This document shows positions 30,053 through 40,277 of a DNA stretch of 64,000 bases, in pieces; positions within the stretch are counted from its first letter, which is position 1, and the number at the start of each line of letters is the position of its first letter. A program made the position numbers and the translations under genes. The notes under the pieces were generated by a model that was not told the origin of the DNA, ran no database searches, and saw nothing but the letters and a program-made list of their open reading frames with translations. Source of the stretch: a virus; IMG/VR virus record IMGVR_UViG_3300025174_000005, one strand, 5' to 3'.

Positions 30053-31217
30053 TTATACAATAGATATTTCTCAAATGTATGAGAGGAGATATATTAGTGC
30101 TCTCTTTTGGCAAAGAGTAATGAGTGAGCAATTAACCATAGTTAAATCGATCCATCGAGTATCTAGTCAACCTTTAAAATCCTTCCTAGAAGGAGTTGGT
30201 GGAAAGATACTCGCGTGTTTTCAAGGGAAAAGAACTTGTAGGTCGCTGGTCTCTATTAATAACGCTCTTCTAGAACTAGACTTAGACATAGAGGAGGGTG
30301 GTAATACCTATTCTATAACATTAGCTGGACCAGACAATGCAATAGTTGAAGCAACAGAAAAGACAATAATAAACATATTACCAATACTGGAAAACGATGA
30401 TCCATCTAAGATATCTATGTCATTTTGTTATTTTAGCGAATCAGGTGGTACCAACAATAGATTACGCAAGATAGAAGCTCCAACATGGGAACAAATTCAG
30501 GGTAACTATCCCCATACGGTAAGAGAGAAGTTGGATTTGCTTATTGCAACAGCACAACCAACCACCAGTGGCAAAATGATCTTATTGCATGGGGTGCCTG
30601 GTACAGGCAAAACACATGCAATAAGATCGTTAGTGCGGCAGTGGGCACCATGGTGTAAGTCATCATATATTGTTGATCCAGAATCATTTTTTGGCAGTCC
30701 ATCGTATATGTTTGAGATGGTATTAGACAGCGAGCATTCTGATGGAAATATATTTGAAGATATAGAACTTGAAGATATAGAACTTGAAGATATGGGTGCT
30801 CATCTAAAAGAGCGCCTATCAGATAAGACAGAAAAGAAATGGACATTATTTATAGTAGAAGATGTGGATGAATTAATCTCATCTGATGCCAAGAAGCGTA
30901 CAGGCCAAAATCTATCTAGACTTCTTAATCTAGTGGACGGATTAGTTGGTCAAGGACTACATATTATATTTTTGATGACAACAAATGAACCTATGAGCAA
31001 AATACATCCAGCCCTATCACGTCCAGGAAGGTGTCTAGCAAACATAGAATTTACACCCCTAACCGTAGATGAATCCATAGAGTGGTGCAGGCAACGAGAA
31101 CTTAATTACAATGATATAAAGAAGCCGCAAACCATAGCTGAATTATATAGTAAGCTTAATAATAAACCAGTAATAGAAGTAGAACAACAAAAGAAACGTA
31201 TGGGCTTTAGGGATTAG
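30042..31217 (+). CDS. AAA+ ATPase
   Basis: HGVPGTGKT, FIVEDVD, LLNLVDG, MTTN, ALSRPGRC, C-terminal MGF. Confidence 0.88.
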   Translation: MGIDYTIDISQMYERRYISALFWQRVMSEQLTIVKSIHRVSSQPLKSFLEGVGGKILACFQGKRTCRSLVSINNALLELDLDIEEGGNTYSITLAGPDNAIVEATEKTIINILPILENDDPSKISMSFCYFSESGGTNNRLRKIEAPTWEQIQGNYPHTVREKLDLLIATAQPTTSGKMILLHGVPGTGKTHAIRSLVRQWAPWCKSSYIVDPESFFGSPSYMFEMVLDSEHSDGNIFEDIELEDIELEDMGAHLKERLSDKTEKKWTLFIVEDVDELISSDAKKRTGQNLSRLLNLVDGLVGQGLHIIFLMTTNEPMSKIHPALSRPGRCLANIEFTPLTVDESIEWCRQRELNYNDIKKPQTIAELYSKLNNKPVIEVEQQKKRMGFRD

Positions 31218-31220
31218 ACT

Positions 31221-31436
31221 ATGATTACTCAACAACTAGAAACTTATTATGAAATACTTACTACAAAAGAAAAAGTAGAAGTCGGTGCTGGTGTATTCTG
31301 TACTCGTGCATATGGAGAGCTGATAAGTATATGTTCAACTAGTATTGAAAGAAACAGACCAGACAACTGGATGGTATATAAAAATAATACAATATCCACA
31401 CCAAGTAGTATATGTAAAATATTACTTAATTTATAA
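31221..31436 (+). CDS. Small ORF with the conserved tag
   Basis: Ends STPSSICKILLNL*. Confidence 0.65.
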   Translation: MITQQLETYYEILTTKEKVEVGAGVFCTRAYGELISICSTSIERNRPDNWMVYKNNTISTPSSICKILLNL

Positions 31437-31484
31437 TATATAGAGGTCCATCATACACAATTCGAATACTTTTAGGAGTAAGTC

Positions 31485-31718
31485 TTGACTAATATAGAAA
31501 TAAAATATAAACACTTTAAAACTCTCGTTCGTTCATGGACACCACATATTGATGCTAAGACCTATACCAGTTTCTTATTAACTGACTACAATCTACAGAT
31601 CACTCACCAATATCACATCTTTAAAGACAAAATAACCACAAATAAATCTAGGAGTAAATTTATAGATGCAGATAAAGCTACTCCTTCAATAATGGCAAGA
31701 GCACTTTTGGGGATATAA
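31485..31718 (+). CDS. Small ORF with the conserved tag
   Basis: Ends ATPSIMARALLGI*. Confidence 0.65.
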   Translation: MTNIEIKYKHFKTLVRSWTPHIDAKTYTSFLLTDYNLQITHQYHIFKDKITTNKSRSKFIDADKATPSIMARALLGI

Positions 31719-31719
31719 A

Positions 31720-34700
31720 ATGAACAAACAATTACCTTATATACATTTACATACACATACCGAGCTATCTCTATTAGACGGCATGTCTCGCACAGAAGAG
31801 CTAATAGATCAAGCTAAAGTATTTAATATGAATGCACTAGCTGTTACCAATCATGGTAATCTATTTAATATTACCAAGTTCTATAAGCAATGCATAGACG
31901 AGGGTATTAAGCCTATCTTGGGGATGGAAGCATATACCCGTAAAGATTTAGGAATTAAAGATAAAGATGAGAAACCAGGTCACCTAATTTTATTGGCTCA
32001 AAATAATGAGGGCTGGCGTAATCTTAAAATACTATCAACTCGTAGCTATACAGAGGGCTTCTATAAGAAGCCCTGTATAGATAGAAATTTATTGGCTCAA
32101 AATAATGAGGGATTAATAATACTATCTGGATGTTTAAATAGTGACATAAACAAAGCAGTGCTGGCAGGACAATTCTTACAAGCAGATCGATTAATTGAAT
32201 GGTATGCCACTAAGTTCCCAGGCAGATTCTATCTAGAGCTACAACCTCACCTTCATATGTCTGATCAAGTACTAGTAAATGAATATCTCTTAGATGCATC
32301 TAAGCAAAAAGGCATACCAGCTGTATTAACATGTGATAGCCACTATGTTAAGGAACAGGATCATGAGCTCCACAAGATATGGCTGATGCTTGCTCAGGAT
32401 GCAGATGAAAGTAGCCAGTATGTTAACTGGTCAGAGGGATGCTGGTTCCGTCCTGGCGGCTCCATAGATACAATACCTGATTCGGCAATTAGTATTACAC
32501 AACTAATAGCAGATCAATGTAATGTTGAGATACCACTAGGTAAAACACTATGGCCTAAGTTCCCTGTTCCGTCAGGATACAAGGGGTATGATGATTATCT
32601 ATCTGACTTATGTATTAATAAGTGCATGGAGTATACCAGTGCTTACAATAAAGATACCAATTTATATTTAACTAGACTTCGTAAGGAATTGGATACGATT
32701 AAGCAGCTGGGTTTTAGTGTTTATTTTCTCTTAGTTCAAGATTACACTTCTTACGCGCGTTGCGCGTGTGTTCCAGTTGGGAGTGGGCGAGGATCGGGAG
32801 TTGGTAGTCTAGTAGCATTCCTTACTGGTATAACTAGCATAGATCCTATCGAACATAATATAATGTTTGAGAGATTCTTAACTCCAGGTCGAAAGTCCTT
32901 GCCTGATATTGATGTTGATTTCTCAACCAGTGGTGTAGAGAAAGTATATAAGTATTTAATACAAAAGTACGGCGAAGATAATATTGCACGTATAGGTACA
33001 TTTGCGACAGTAGGAGCGCGTCAAGCGCTACGTGATACAGCAAGAATACTTAATTCTAAAGAGACAGTAATATCCAAAGAAGATGTTAATTCTATTAAAG
33101 ATTTAATACCTGATGATCCAGATCTAGACAACAAAGCCCTTATATCTCTAGAAGCTGCTTGTGAAATAAGCAATGACCTGCGTGACTTACGTGAAAAGAG
33201 TGATAGTCACAGACAGTGGTTTAAGATAGCAGAGTCATTTATAGGACTACATAGACAGGGTAGCGTACATGCGTCTGGCGTAGTTATATCACCCGATCCC
33301 ATACACGAGCATGTTCCCTTATATGTCCGCAATGAGACAAAGATATCTCAGTATGATATGAATGTAATTGAGCTATCTGGACTACTTAAATTTGATTTAT
33401 TACGCATCGATCAACTGGATGTTGTGCAAAAAACCATAGAGTTTATAGATAGAGAAGACATAACTGTTAATACTCAGTTTCCCCTAGATGATGAGCGCAC
33501 ATATGCGCTACTTAGATCAGGTAAGACAAAGGGAGTATTCCAACTTGGTACACGATTGATGCGTAATCTCTTACGCGATGTTAAACCTACATGCTTCTTT
33601 GATGTTGTAGCTACTGTATCACTTGGTAGAACAGCTATACTCCAAGCAAAAGCACATGAGCGCTTCATAGCTCGTAAAAACGGTAAGGAGGAAGTAGATT
33701 ATCCAGATCCTAGATTACAACCAATACTGGAAGAAACTTATGGAATTATATTATTTCAAGACCAGGCACTGCAAATTGCAGTAGAAGCTGCAGGGTATGA
33801 TTGGCTTGAGGCAGATAAGCTAAGGAAAATCTTAGGTAAGAAAATCAAGTCTCAAGTTCAAGAAGAAAAAGAAAAATTTGTAAACGGTTGCATAGCTAAT
33901 AACTATAGTAAGGAAGTAGCTAACGATCTGTTTGAAAAGGTAGCCTACTTCGCAGGTTATGGTTTTGGTAAGGGTCATGCTGTTGGATATGGACACCTAT
34001 CATACACTACCGCATATTTAAAAGCTAATTTTCCAGCAGAATATATGTCAGCACTTATATCAGTAGAAGCAGAGGGCGGTACAGATAGAGAAAAACTCAA
34101 AGAACTTCTTGATGACTGTAGAGATAGTGGGTTAGTTATACTATCTCCTGATATCAATGATTCTCTCAGTGGATTTGATCCAGTTCAAGGCACTAAATAT
34201 ATACAATACGGCTTACGGGCCCTACCTAACGTAGGTGTAGCAGCTGTGCGTGAGATAGAAAAACATAGACCCTACGGTTCCTTCGATGAGTTTCTAGAGA
34301 AAACACGAGCACTTACAGCATCTACACCAAGAGGTAAGGGAAAGGGTAGGTTTGGTTCGGGCATAACAAAGCAAACAATACATAACCTAATATATGCTGG
34401 TGCATTTGATAAATTTGGTCAAAGAGATTTATTAATGCACCAATTCCTTATACTTAATGAAACAGTTAAATATAAGCGTCAAGCCCTAATAGATGTTGGA
34501 CCAACAATACAGCCTATTAAACAACTTATTGTACAGCAATATGAATTATGTATGATACCATACTTGGGGATAGTGCCGAAGCCCGCTAGACCAGCTATAG
34601 CAACAGGCATAGTAACTAAGAAATTACTAAATCAAACAAGTAAAACAAATAAACCATATCATAAAGTGGTTATAGAAACATCTACTTCACCAGTACAGGT

Positions 34701-34860
34701 CTATGCATTTGGTTATGCCATGAAATCTAAGGTTTGGAATGAAGTTGAGGTAAATGATATTATATATACATATGGAAATGAAAAAGACAGTAGTGATCAA
34801 AGGGTTGTATTCGCTAATGATATAGTGCGAGTACCTACATTAACTATGATATTAACCTAG
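31720..34860 (+). CDS. dnaE: DNA polymerase III alpha subunit
   Basis: PHP HLHTHTELSLLDG, GSGRGSGVGS, LPDIDVDF, KFDLL, YGIILFQDQ, YGFGKGHA, C-terminal OB fold. Confidence 0.96.
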   Translation: MNKQLPYIHLHTHTELSLLDGMSRTEELIDQAKVFNMNALAVTNHGNLFNITKFYKQCIDEGIKPILGMEAYTRKDLGIKDKDEKPGHLILLAQNNEGWRNLKILSTRSYTEGFYKKPCIDRNLLAQNNEGLIILSGCLNSDINKAVLAGQFLQADRLIEWYATKFPGRFYLELQPHLHMSDQVLVNEYLLDASKQKGIPAVLTCDSHYVKEQDHELHKIWLMLAQDADESSQYVNWSEGCWFRPGGSIDTIPDSAISITQLIADQCNVEIPLGKTLWPKFPVPSGYKGYDDYLSDLCINKCMEYTSAYNKDTNLYLTRLRKELDTIKQLGFSVYFLLVQDYTSYARCACVPVGSGRGSGVGSLVAFLTGITSIDPIEHNIMFERFLTPGRKSLPDIDVDFSTSGVEKVYKYLIQKYGEDNIARIGTFATVGARQALRDTARILNSKETVISKEDVNSIKDLIPDDPDLDNKALISLEAACEISNDLRDLREKSDSHRQWFKIAESFIGLHRQGSVHASGVVISPDPIHEHVPLYVRNETKISQYDMNVIELSGLLKFDLLRIDQLDVVQKTIEFIDREDITVNTQFPLDDERTYALLRSGKTKGVFQLGTRLMRNLLRDVKPTCFFDVVATVSLGRTAILQAKAHERFIARKNGKEEVDYPDPRLQPILEETYGIILFQDQALQIAVEAAGYDWLEADKLRKILGKKIKSQVQEEKEKFVNGCIANNYSKEVANDLFEKVAYFAGYGFGKGHAVGYGHLSYTTAYLKANFPAEYMSALISVEAEGGTDREKLKELLDDCRDSGLVILSPDINDSLSGFDPVQGTKYIQYGLRALPNVGVAAVREIEKHRPYGSFDEFLEKTRALTASTPRGKGKGRFGSGITKQTIHNLIYAGAFDKFGQRDLLMHQFLILNETVKYKRQALIDVGPTIQPIKQLIVQQYELCMIPYLGIVPKPARPAIATGIVTKKLLNQTSKTNKPYHKVVIETSTSPVQVYAFGYAMKSKVWNEVEVNDIIYTYGNEKDSSDQRVVFANDIVRVPTLTMILT

Positions 34861-34863
34861 CTT

Positions 34864-35208
34864 ATGTCACTAAGGCGATACAAGAAGAGAATGGTAAAGA
34901 AGTATGGGAACCTCTGTTGGTATTGCCTTAACGAATTTAATGTGGATGAACTAACTATAGACCATATAGTTCCAGAAGCAATAGGTGGAGAAAGCACCAT
35001 AAGCAATTACGCTTTAGCATGTATGGATTGTAATGAATCTAAGGATATTATGAGTCTGAATGATTTTATTGAAGTCTCAAAATTTGAGAATAGAATAAAA
35101 GAATTACAAGAGGAGGATATGGATTATGGTAAAATCGAGCAAGCCATCTCGACCTACATCAAAGAATTCCAAGGGAAAGGCAAAAAGAAAAAGCCCAAAA
35201 GGAAATAG
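34864..35208 (+). CDS. HNH endonuclease
   Basis: CWYC...TIDHIVPEAIGG...NYALACMDCNESK. Confidence 0.88.
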   Translation: MSLRRYKKRMVKKYGNLCWYCLNEFNVDELTIDHIVPEAIGGESTISNYALACMDCNESKDIMSLNDFIEVSKFENRIKELQEEDMDYGKIEQAISTYIKEFQGKGKKKKPKRK

Positions 35209-35299
35209 TCAGTGTGGTAGCCCCTTTCCTGGACAAGGACCAACTTATCCATCCGAGTTCCCAGGTATGACATCCAAACGACCAAGAGGTTTTGAATAA
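35126..35299 (+). CDS. 57-aa basic Ser/Pro/Gly-rich peptide overlapping the HNH 3' end in the +1 frame; not in the ORF track
   Basis: aggagg 9 nt upstream of the ATG; MVKSSKPSRPTSKNSKGKAKRKSPKG...RPRGFE*. Confidence 0.45.
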   Translation: MVKSSKPSRPTSKNSKGKAKRKSPKGNSQCGSPFPGQGPTYPSEFPGMTSKRPRGFE

Positions 35300-35313
35300 T
35301 TGACACAAATTCA

Positions 35314-35350
35314 ACGAACCTGTCAATTAAAGACAGGTTCGTCTTTGTTT
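35314..35350 (+). terminator. Intrinsic terminator
   Basis: ACGAACCTGTC-aattaaa-GACAGGTTCGT followed by ctttgttt. Confidence 0.7.
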
Positions 35351-35641
35351 AGTGTATATAAGTATACATAATAGGAGGTTAAAATGATTAACGATTTCGC
35401 ATTTCCATTAAGTAAAACAGAAGCGGAATTAGTTGCTGATATAATATCTCTCTACTTAGCTGTTATGCCTGATAAGATGCATAAGCGTGTAGAGGAAACA
35501 GTCCTAGAGAAAGCGGAAGAGATAGCTTTGCTAGCTCTGCGATTACGCAACTATGTAAATAACACAACCACACATGAGATTCCTGAACGTGAAGAATTCA
35601 TTGATTAAACTACTAAAAATTAACAATGGCGCGGAGGTAAG

Positions 35642-36373
35642 ATGATTAGAGGTATATCTATTTCAGGTAAGATGTGCACAGGTAAAGACTTATTAGCTGC
35701 ATATTATTGTAGTATTATACCACTCTTAACTAATGGTGAATATGTTGGTGAGCAAATTGCGTTTGCAGATAAACTAAAGACACTTACAGATCACACCAAC
35801 ATACTTATCTTTATGCGTGATTGTTATGAGCTGGGGTACTCAGAAGCAGATGTTAAAATCATGGAAGCAGCAATACATAGGTGTCACGATAAACATCCTC
35901 TTATTCCTGGCAGAAAACCAAGAGAATTTCTCCAAGATCTAGGCGTACAACTAAGAAGTATTAATTCTAATATCTGGATAGAACATTTGAAACTACAACT
36001 TAGTAGATCAATCAACAATAATATAATGTATGTAATATCTGACTGTAGGTTTAAGAATGAGATAGAGTTTGCCAATAATCACAACCTAACAAGGGTCATA
36101 CTCCATACAGAGGAAGAGATTAGACGAGATAGGGTGCGTATATTTAGAGGAGCAGATCAAGCTACAGAAGAAATCTTCAATCATATAAGTGAAAGAGATT
36201 TAGATAATTTACCATCAAGTAATTTTGATATTAATATAAATAATAGTTCATCACTAATTCATCTGTTTAATAATAGTAAAAATCAATTGTATGGTAAGTT
36301 AACTTACCAACGTATGAATAAGGTTGTGGTAGAGGCTGTTAAGTCTTGGCGAAGTGGATTCTTAGGATGCTAG
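35642..36373 (+). CDS. Deoxynucleoside monophosphate kinase
   Basis: SGKMCTGKD, AFADKLK, PREFLQDLG, VISDCRFKNE, HISE. Confidence 0.85.
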   Translation: MIRGISISGKMCTGKDLLAAYYCSIIPLLTNGEYVGEQIAFADKLKTLTDHTNILIFMRDCYELGYSEADVKIMEAAIHRCHDKHPLIPGRKPREFLQDLGVQLRSINSNIWIEHLKLQLSRSINNNIMYVISDCRFKNEIEFANNHNLTRVILHTEEEIRRDRVRIFRGADQATEEIFNHISERDLDNLPSSNFDININNSSSLIHLFNNSKNQLYGKLTYQRMNKVVVEAVKSWRSGFLGC

Positions 36374-36837
36374 GAGGACAATTAAGATTTAAGGGTAATT
36401 CTATTCTAGATAGAATATCTAAGAAAGTAGTTAATCCTGCCGATACCAATATACACGCTCTACTACAATATATGATAAAGATATGTGATGAAAATGGTGG
36501 TATAGGCCTAGCTGCTTCACAAGTGGGAGTATTATTACAAGTTATTATCTTTAAACACAAAGATAAGTATTATGAATTAATTAATCCTAAGATATATAGT
36601 ATGCAAGATGAGTTTGAATCCACAGAGGGATGTCTATCATTCCCAGGAGAACAATATCAAGTAAAAAGGTTTAAGCAAATAGAAGTTGGGTACTATAACA
36701 AACAAAGTAAGCATACCAGACAGTTTTTTGATGGCATGTCAGCTGTTATAATACAGCATGAAATAGATCATCTAAAGGGTATAACATTAGCTATAAGTGG
36801 TAAATTAATTATCCGAGAGGAAGATAATCATGCCTAA
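36346..36837 (+). CDS. def: Peptide deformylase
   Basis: GIGLAASQVG, EGCLS, QHEIDHLKG. Confidence 0.93.
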   Translation: MAKWILRMLGGQLRFKGNSILDRISKKVVNPADTNIHALLQYMIKICDENGGIGLAASQVGVLLQVIIFKHKDKYYELINPKIYSMQDEFESTEGCLSFPGEQYQVKRFKQIEVGYYNKQSKHTRQFFDGMSAVIIQHEIDHLKGITLAISGKLIIREEDNHA

Positions 36838-37293
36838 AGCAAAGTCACCACCAACAACTAAACTTACTAAAAAGAACCCATTCATATCTATACCAACACC
36901 TTCAGCTGAGTTAACGCTAATGGCTGAGGAATATGTGGAATTGGGTGGTCAGAAGAAATTACTTGAAGCTAGAATAGATGAACTTAAGAAGTCATTGCTT
37001 ATAGCAGCAGAACAATTTGGTAGAGAAGATACTAAGAAGAATAAGTATTTTGAAATAAGATCTGATTTAGTTCTCAAGAAAGAAGCTCGCCACCTAATTA
37101 CATTTAATGTAGAGGTAGCTAAAGAAATATTAATGAAAAAAGGTCAAGTCATATTTGATGCCTGTACCACTACTACAGTCAATATAGACGAGAGCAAGGT
37201 ACGTAATGCTGTAGAGATAGGATTAATCAGTCGAAATGAACTTTCAGATATGCTGCAAGAAAAGATATCATATTCATTCTATATTAATAAGCC

Positions 37294-37797
37294 ATGAAGA
37301 AATTTTGGTTAGTTATCTTATTTATGGTTATGCTTAATTTATATACATACGCAACTTCTAATCTAGAGATTGTTTCTCAAGATAACGATGCTACATTTGC
37401 AATTAATAGAGCCTACAACACATTAATATCACAGGGGTATACCGATACCCTTATCTACTTAAGAAAAGTTATTTATAGCGCAAACATCAAGCGCTCAGAG
37501 GTAAGGGGAGATAAGGCAATATTCTATTTAAAAGAACACCCTATTAAAGATATGTCTAGTTCGTGGTTAGCTTCAGTATTACTCCATGAAGCATGGCATC
37601 TTCGCCTTAGGGATAAGGGGAAGCCATGGTATGGTTTAGCTGGTGAGAAAGTATGTCTCACACATCAGCTAGAGTATCTTAAGAAGTATGGAGCCAAACA
37701 CGATATTAGGTGGGCAGAATATGTTCTTAGGAATATAGAAGATCCAGCCTATCAATGGTGGAGAGATGGTATTGTTATACCACCTATAATTAAATGA
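37294..37797 (+). CDS. Putative secreted HExxH metallopeptidase
   Basis: Signal-like N-terminus MKKFWLVILF; LLHEAWH...E. Confidence 0.55.
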   Translation: MKKFWLVILFMVMLNLYTYATSNLEIVSQDNDATFAINRAYNTLISQGYTDTLIYLRKVIYSANIKRSEVRGDKAIFYLKEHPIKDMSSSWLASVLLHEAWHLRLRDKGKPWYGLAGEKVCLTHQLEYLKKYGAKHDIRWAEYVLRNIEDPAYQWWRDGIVIPPIIK

Positions 37798-38063
37798 ATA
37801 ATATGGATGGTGTTTCAGAGGTAATATATGAGTGGGGAAATACTTATTGTAGCTATCTAGTGTTAAACTATGAAAATACACTATGTAGTAAAATTAAACC
37901 AGACATGGTATATCATAGTCATTACAGTAAGATCGTAATTAAAAAAACAAAAATAATGAGCACAGATCAATGTGGTTGTGGAAGTTTGCATATTGTATCA
38001 TTGCCAGATACTGCCAAACATATAGGACCATCGGATATGGCAAGAATACTTTTAGGGATATAG
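37794..38063 (+). CDS. Small ORF with the conserved tag
   Basis: Ends IGPSDMARILLGI*. Confidence 0.65.
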   Translation: MNNMDGVSEVIYEWGNTYCSYLVLNYENTLCSKIKPDMVYHSHYSKIVIKKTKIMSTDQCGCGSLHIVSLPDTAKHIGPSDMARILLGI

Positions 38064-38064
38064 T

Positions 38065-38319
38065 ATGCATAAAGCTACAAGAGTAACCATTACTACCCCA
38101 ATTATAATACCGCATAGCTTGAGAATAAATGCGGCAACAGTTATACAACATAATCTAAAAAATGAACTTCGTGATATATATATCTATCCAGATCATATCA
38201 AAAATCACACAGCAACAGAAAAAGATATAATAGGAGCAGATAATATGTTTCAGTTTTGTATACCAGAAGACATATGTAGAGCATTACTTGATATATATAA
38301 TACTGAATCACATGGATAA
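38065..38319 (+). CDS. Small ORF with the conserved tag
   Basis: CIPEDICRALLDIY. Confidence 0.6.
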   Translation: MHKATRVTITTPIIIPHSLRINAATVIQHNLKNELRDIYIYPDHIKNHTATEKDIIGADNMFQFCIPEDICRALLDIYNTESHG

Positions 38320-38516
38320 ATATGTAATTACTTGGGAAATAGACACAACAGAAGAGTGGTATATTATAAGTGAGACACTTGAATTTCCATGTCTTAATGA
38401 TGCGTATGACTACGGCAATACTAGAGCAACCAGATTAACCGCAGACGAAGTTGTTTGCACTCTAGCATCAGTCGCTACAGTACCCGTAGATAATCATCAA
38501 TTATTAGACAGTCTAG

Positions 38517-38771
38517 ATGAATTTATTTTTGAGGAGTATATGTAATCCTATGAAAATAACTATTATGCAAATACAAAATACAATCTATAGATTTATAGAA
38601 AAACAATTACTCAAAGAAAATACAGTTATAGCCGCCTATGAAGTCACACCACACCGCATAATAGCCTCAGAATGGAGCACAGACAATGCATGCGGTATGC
38701 TCTCTCCTACACCATATAAATCAACATCAACACCTGCGTCTGTTAGTAGAATCTTACTAGGATTACCATGA
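38517..38771 (+). CDS. Small ORF with the conserved tag
   Basis: Ends STPASVSRILLGLP*. Confidence 0.65.
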   Translation: MNLFLRSICNPMKITIMQIQNTIYRFIEKQLLKENTVIAAYEVTPHRIIASEWSTDNACGMLSPTPYKSTSTPASVSRILLGLP

Positions 38772-39682
38772 CAAGAAATATATACAAAACCATAATACTT
38801 ATTTTACTATTATTGCCAACTTGTTCCTTTGCGGAACAAGTTGTTATAAGTAATGCTCCAGAAACAATTACATCTGGTGGTATATTATATCAACTCAACA
38901 ACTTCTCAGGTAAAGCAAGGTTGATTATACATCATAAGAATATGCAGTTTACAGATATTACTGAGGAAGGTAATCAGTTTAGTTTGATTATTACCCCTGT
39001 TAATAAACAGGCCAATGTAATCTTAGTTGGTGGTAAGGACACAAGTAGAAGTGGATACGTAGCAGGAGTTAATTCAACCAATAAATACTTAGAGTTAACC
39101 CAGGCAATGCCTCCTAGCCACCTAACCACAGGCGAATCTATAAATAATAAGTTGTTAATTACTAAACCTGTTAAAATATTATTAGGAACAGCTCATAGAT
39201 ATGAAGTATTCTCTATAACAGGAGATATAGAAACAGATGAGCCTATTAATATACAGGTGATATTTGGTAGAGCTAGTTACTTGGCCCAAGGACGTAGTCA
39301 TCACATAGCTGGTATTTATAGATATAATATAACTGCTTATGATATTAAGAAGGACACTACGGTGTCCTTGGGCATGTCACCATATTTAACAGACCCTATC
39401 ACTGGTCATACCAATAAGGGCAACTATGGTATTACTACAAAATTAAAGCTATCTATGTCCTTTAAAGAACGTAAATTAACTATAAGTGCAAGAGGTGGAA
39501 GGGCTTATGTGGTATTACACATTCGTTCATGTTTGGATACACCTGAAGGGTCATGGGTAATAGTTGATTTACAAGCGTATGAATCAGCTACGTATGTATT
39601 GTCTAAGGGTGAAATGACTATTACAACTTATCCTATACCTGGTAGTGCTTATCCAGTTAGGTTGCAATTTAAAGAAAACTAA
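38768..39682 (+). CDS. Secreted protein, DUF3370-like
   Basis: Signal peptide; SNAPE...GILY...HHKN...GNYG pattern recalled from DUF3370. Confidence 0.45.
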   Translation: MTRNIYKTIILILLLLPTCSFAEQVVISNAPETITSGGILYQLNNFSGKARLIIHHKNMQFTDITEEGNQFSLIITPVNKQANVILVGGKDTSRSGYVAGVNSTNKYLELTQAMPPSHLTTGESINNKLLITKPVKILLGTAHRYEVFSITGDIETDEPINIQVIFGRASYLAQGRSHHIAGIYRYNITAYDIKKDTTVSLGMSPYLTDPITGHTNKGNYGITTKLKLSMSFKERKLTISARGGRAYVVLHIRSCLDTPEGSWVIVDLQAYESATYVLSKGEMTITTYPIPGSAYPVRLQFKEN

Positions 39683-39725
39683 GTATAATATACTTGCAAT
39701 TGACAATTATTAGGAGGTTATTGAT

Positions 39726-40277
39726 ATGGAACCAACACCCGCTCCGCCACCGAATATTGGCGCAAGAAACTTACGTGACTATAATATTATACGCTTGTTT
39801 AAATCACCAGAAGATTGCGTAGATCAGATAGTAGAGGACTTATTACTTATAGATCTAAATAGTAATAGTGATCCAATTCAAATACTCGTTAATTGTCCAG
39901 GTGGTAGTACATCAGCAGCATTTACTATTATAGATGTAATTAATTATATACGTCCTCGTAATCAAATTATAACAGTTGGTGTAGGAGATGTGTGTTCTGC
40001 AGGATTAGACATATTCTTAGCAGGAGATGTGCGTAAGATAACCAAAAGAGCATCCATACTATCTCATCACTTTATATGGGGTAACCACGGATCTCAGCCA
40101 GCTTTGTTAGCAAGGAGAAGGGAAGAAGATTTATTAGTAGAAAGATGTATAGATTGGTACATAGAACGCACAGGACTATCGAGAGAAGACGTGCTTAAAT
40201 ATTTATTAAGAGATCATGATGCATGGCTTAGTGCTGACGAAGCACTTCTATATAATATAGCCACAGAAATAATTTAA
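39726..40277 (+). CDS. clpP: ClpP-like protease
   Basis: VNCPGGS, VCSAG (Ser), ILSHH (His), HDAWLSADEAL (Asp). Confidence 0.88.
   Translation: MEPTPAPPPNIGARNLRDYNIIRLFKSPEDCVDQIVEDLLLIDLNSNSDPIQILVNCPGGSTSAAFTIIDVINYIRPRNQIITVGVGDVCSAGLDIFLAGDVRKITKRASILSHHFIWGNHGSQPALLARRREEDLLVERCIDWYIERTGLSREDVLKYLLRDHDAWLSADEALLYNIATEII

Noticed and set aside
30756-30795. 15-bp tandem repeat (EDIEL-EDIEL-EDM) in the AAA+ gene
   Set aside because: A short in-frame slippage duplication in a probable loop, with no evidence of function.
35300-35330. TTGACA as a -35 promoter box
   Set aside because: No acceptable -10 hexamer at 16-18 nt; it is better explained as one arm of an inverted repeat.
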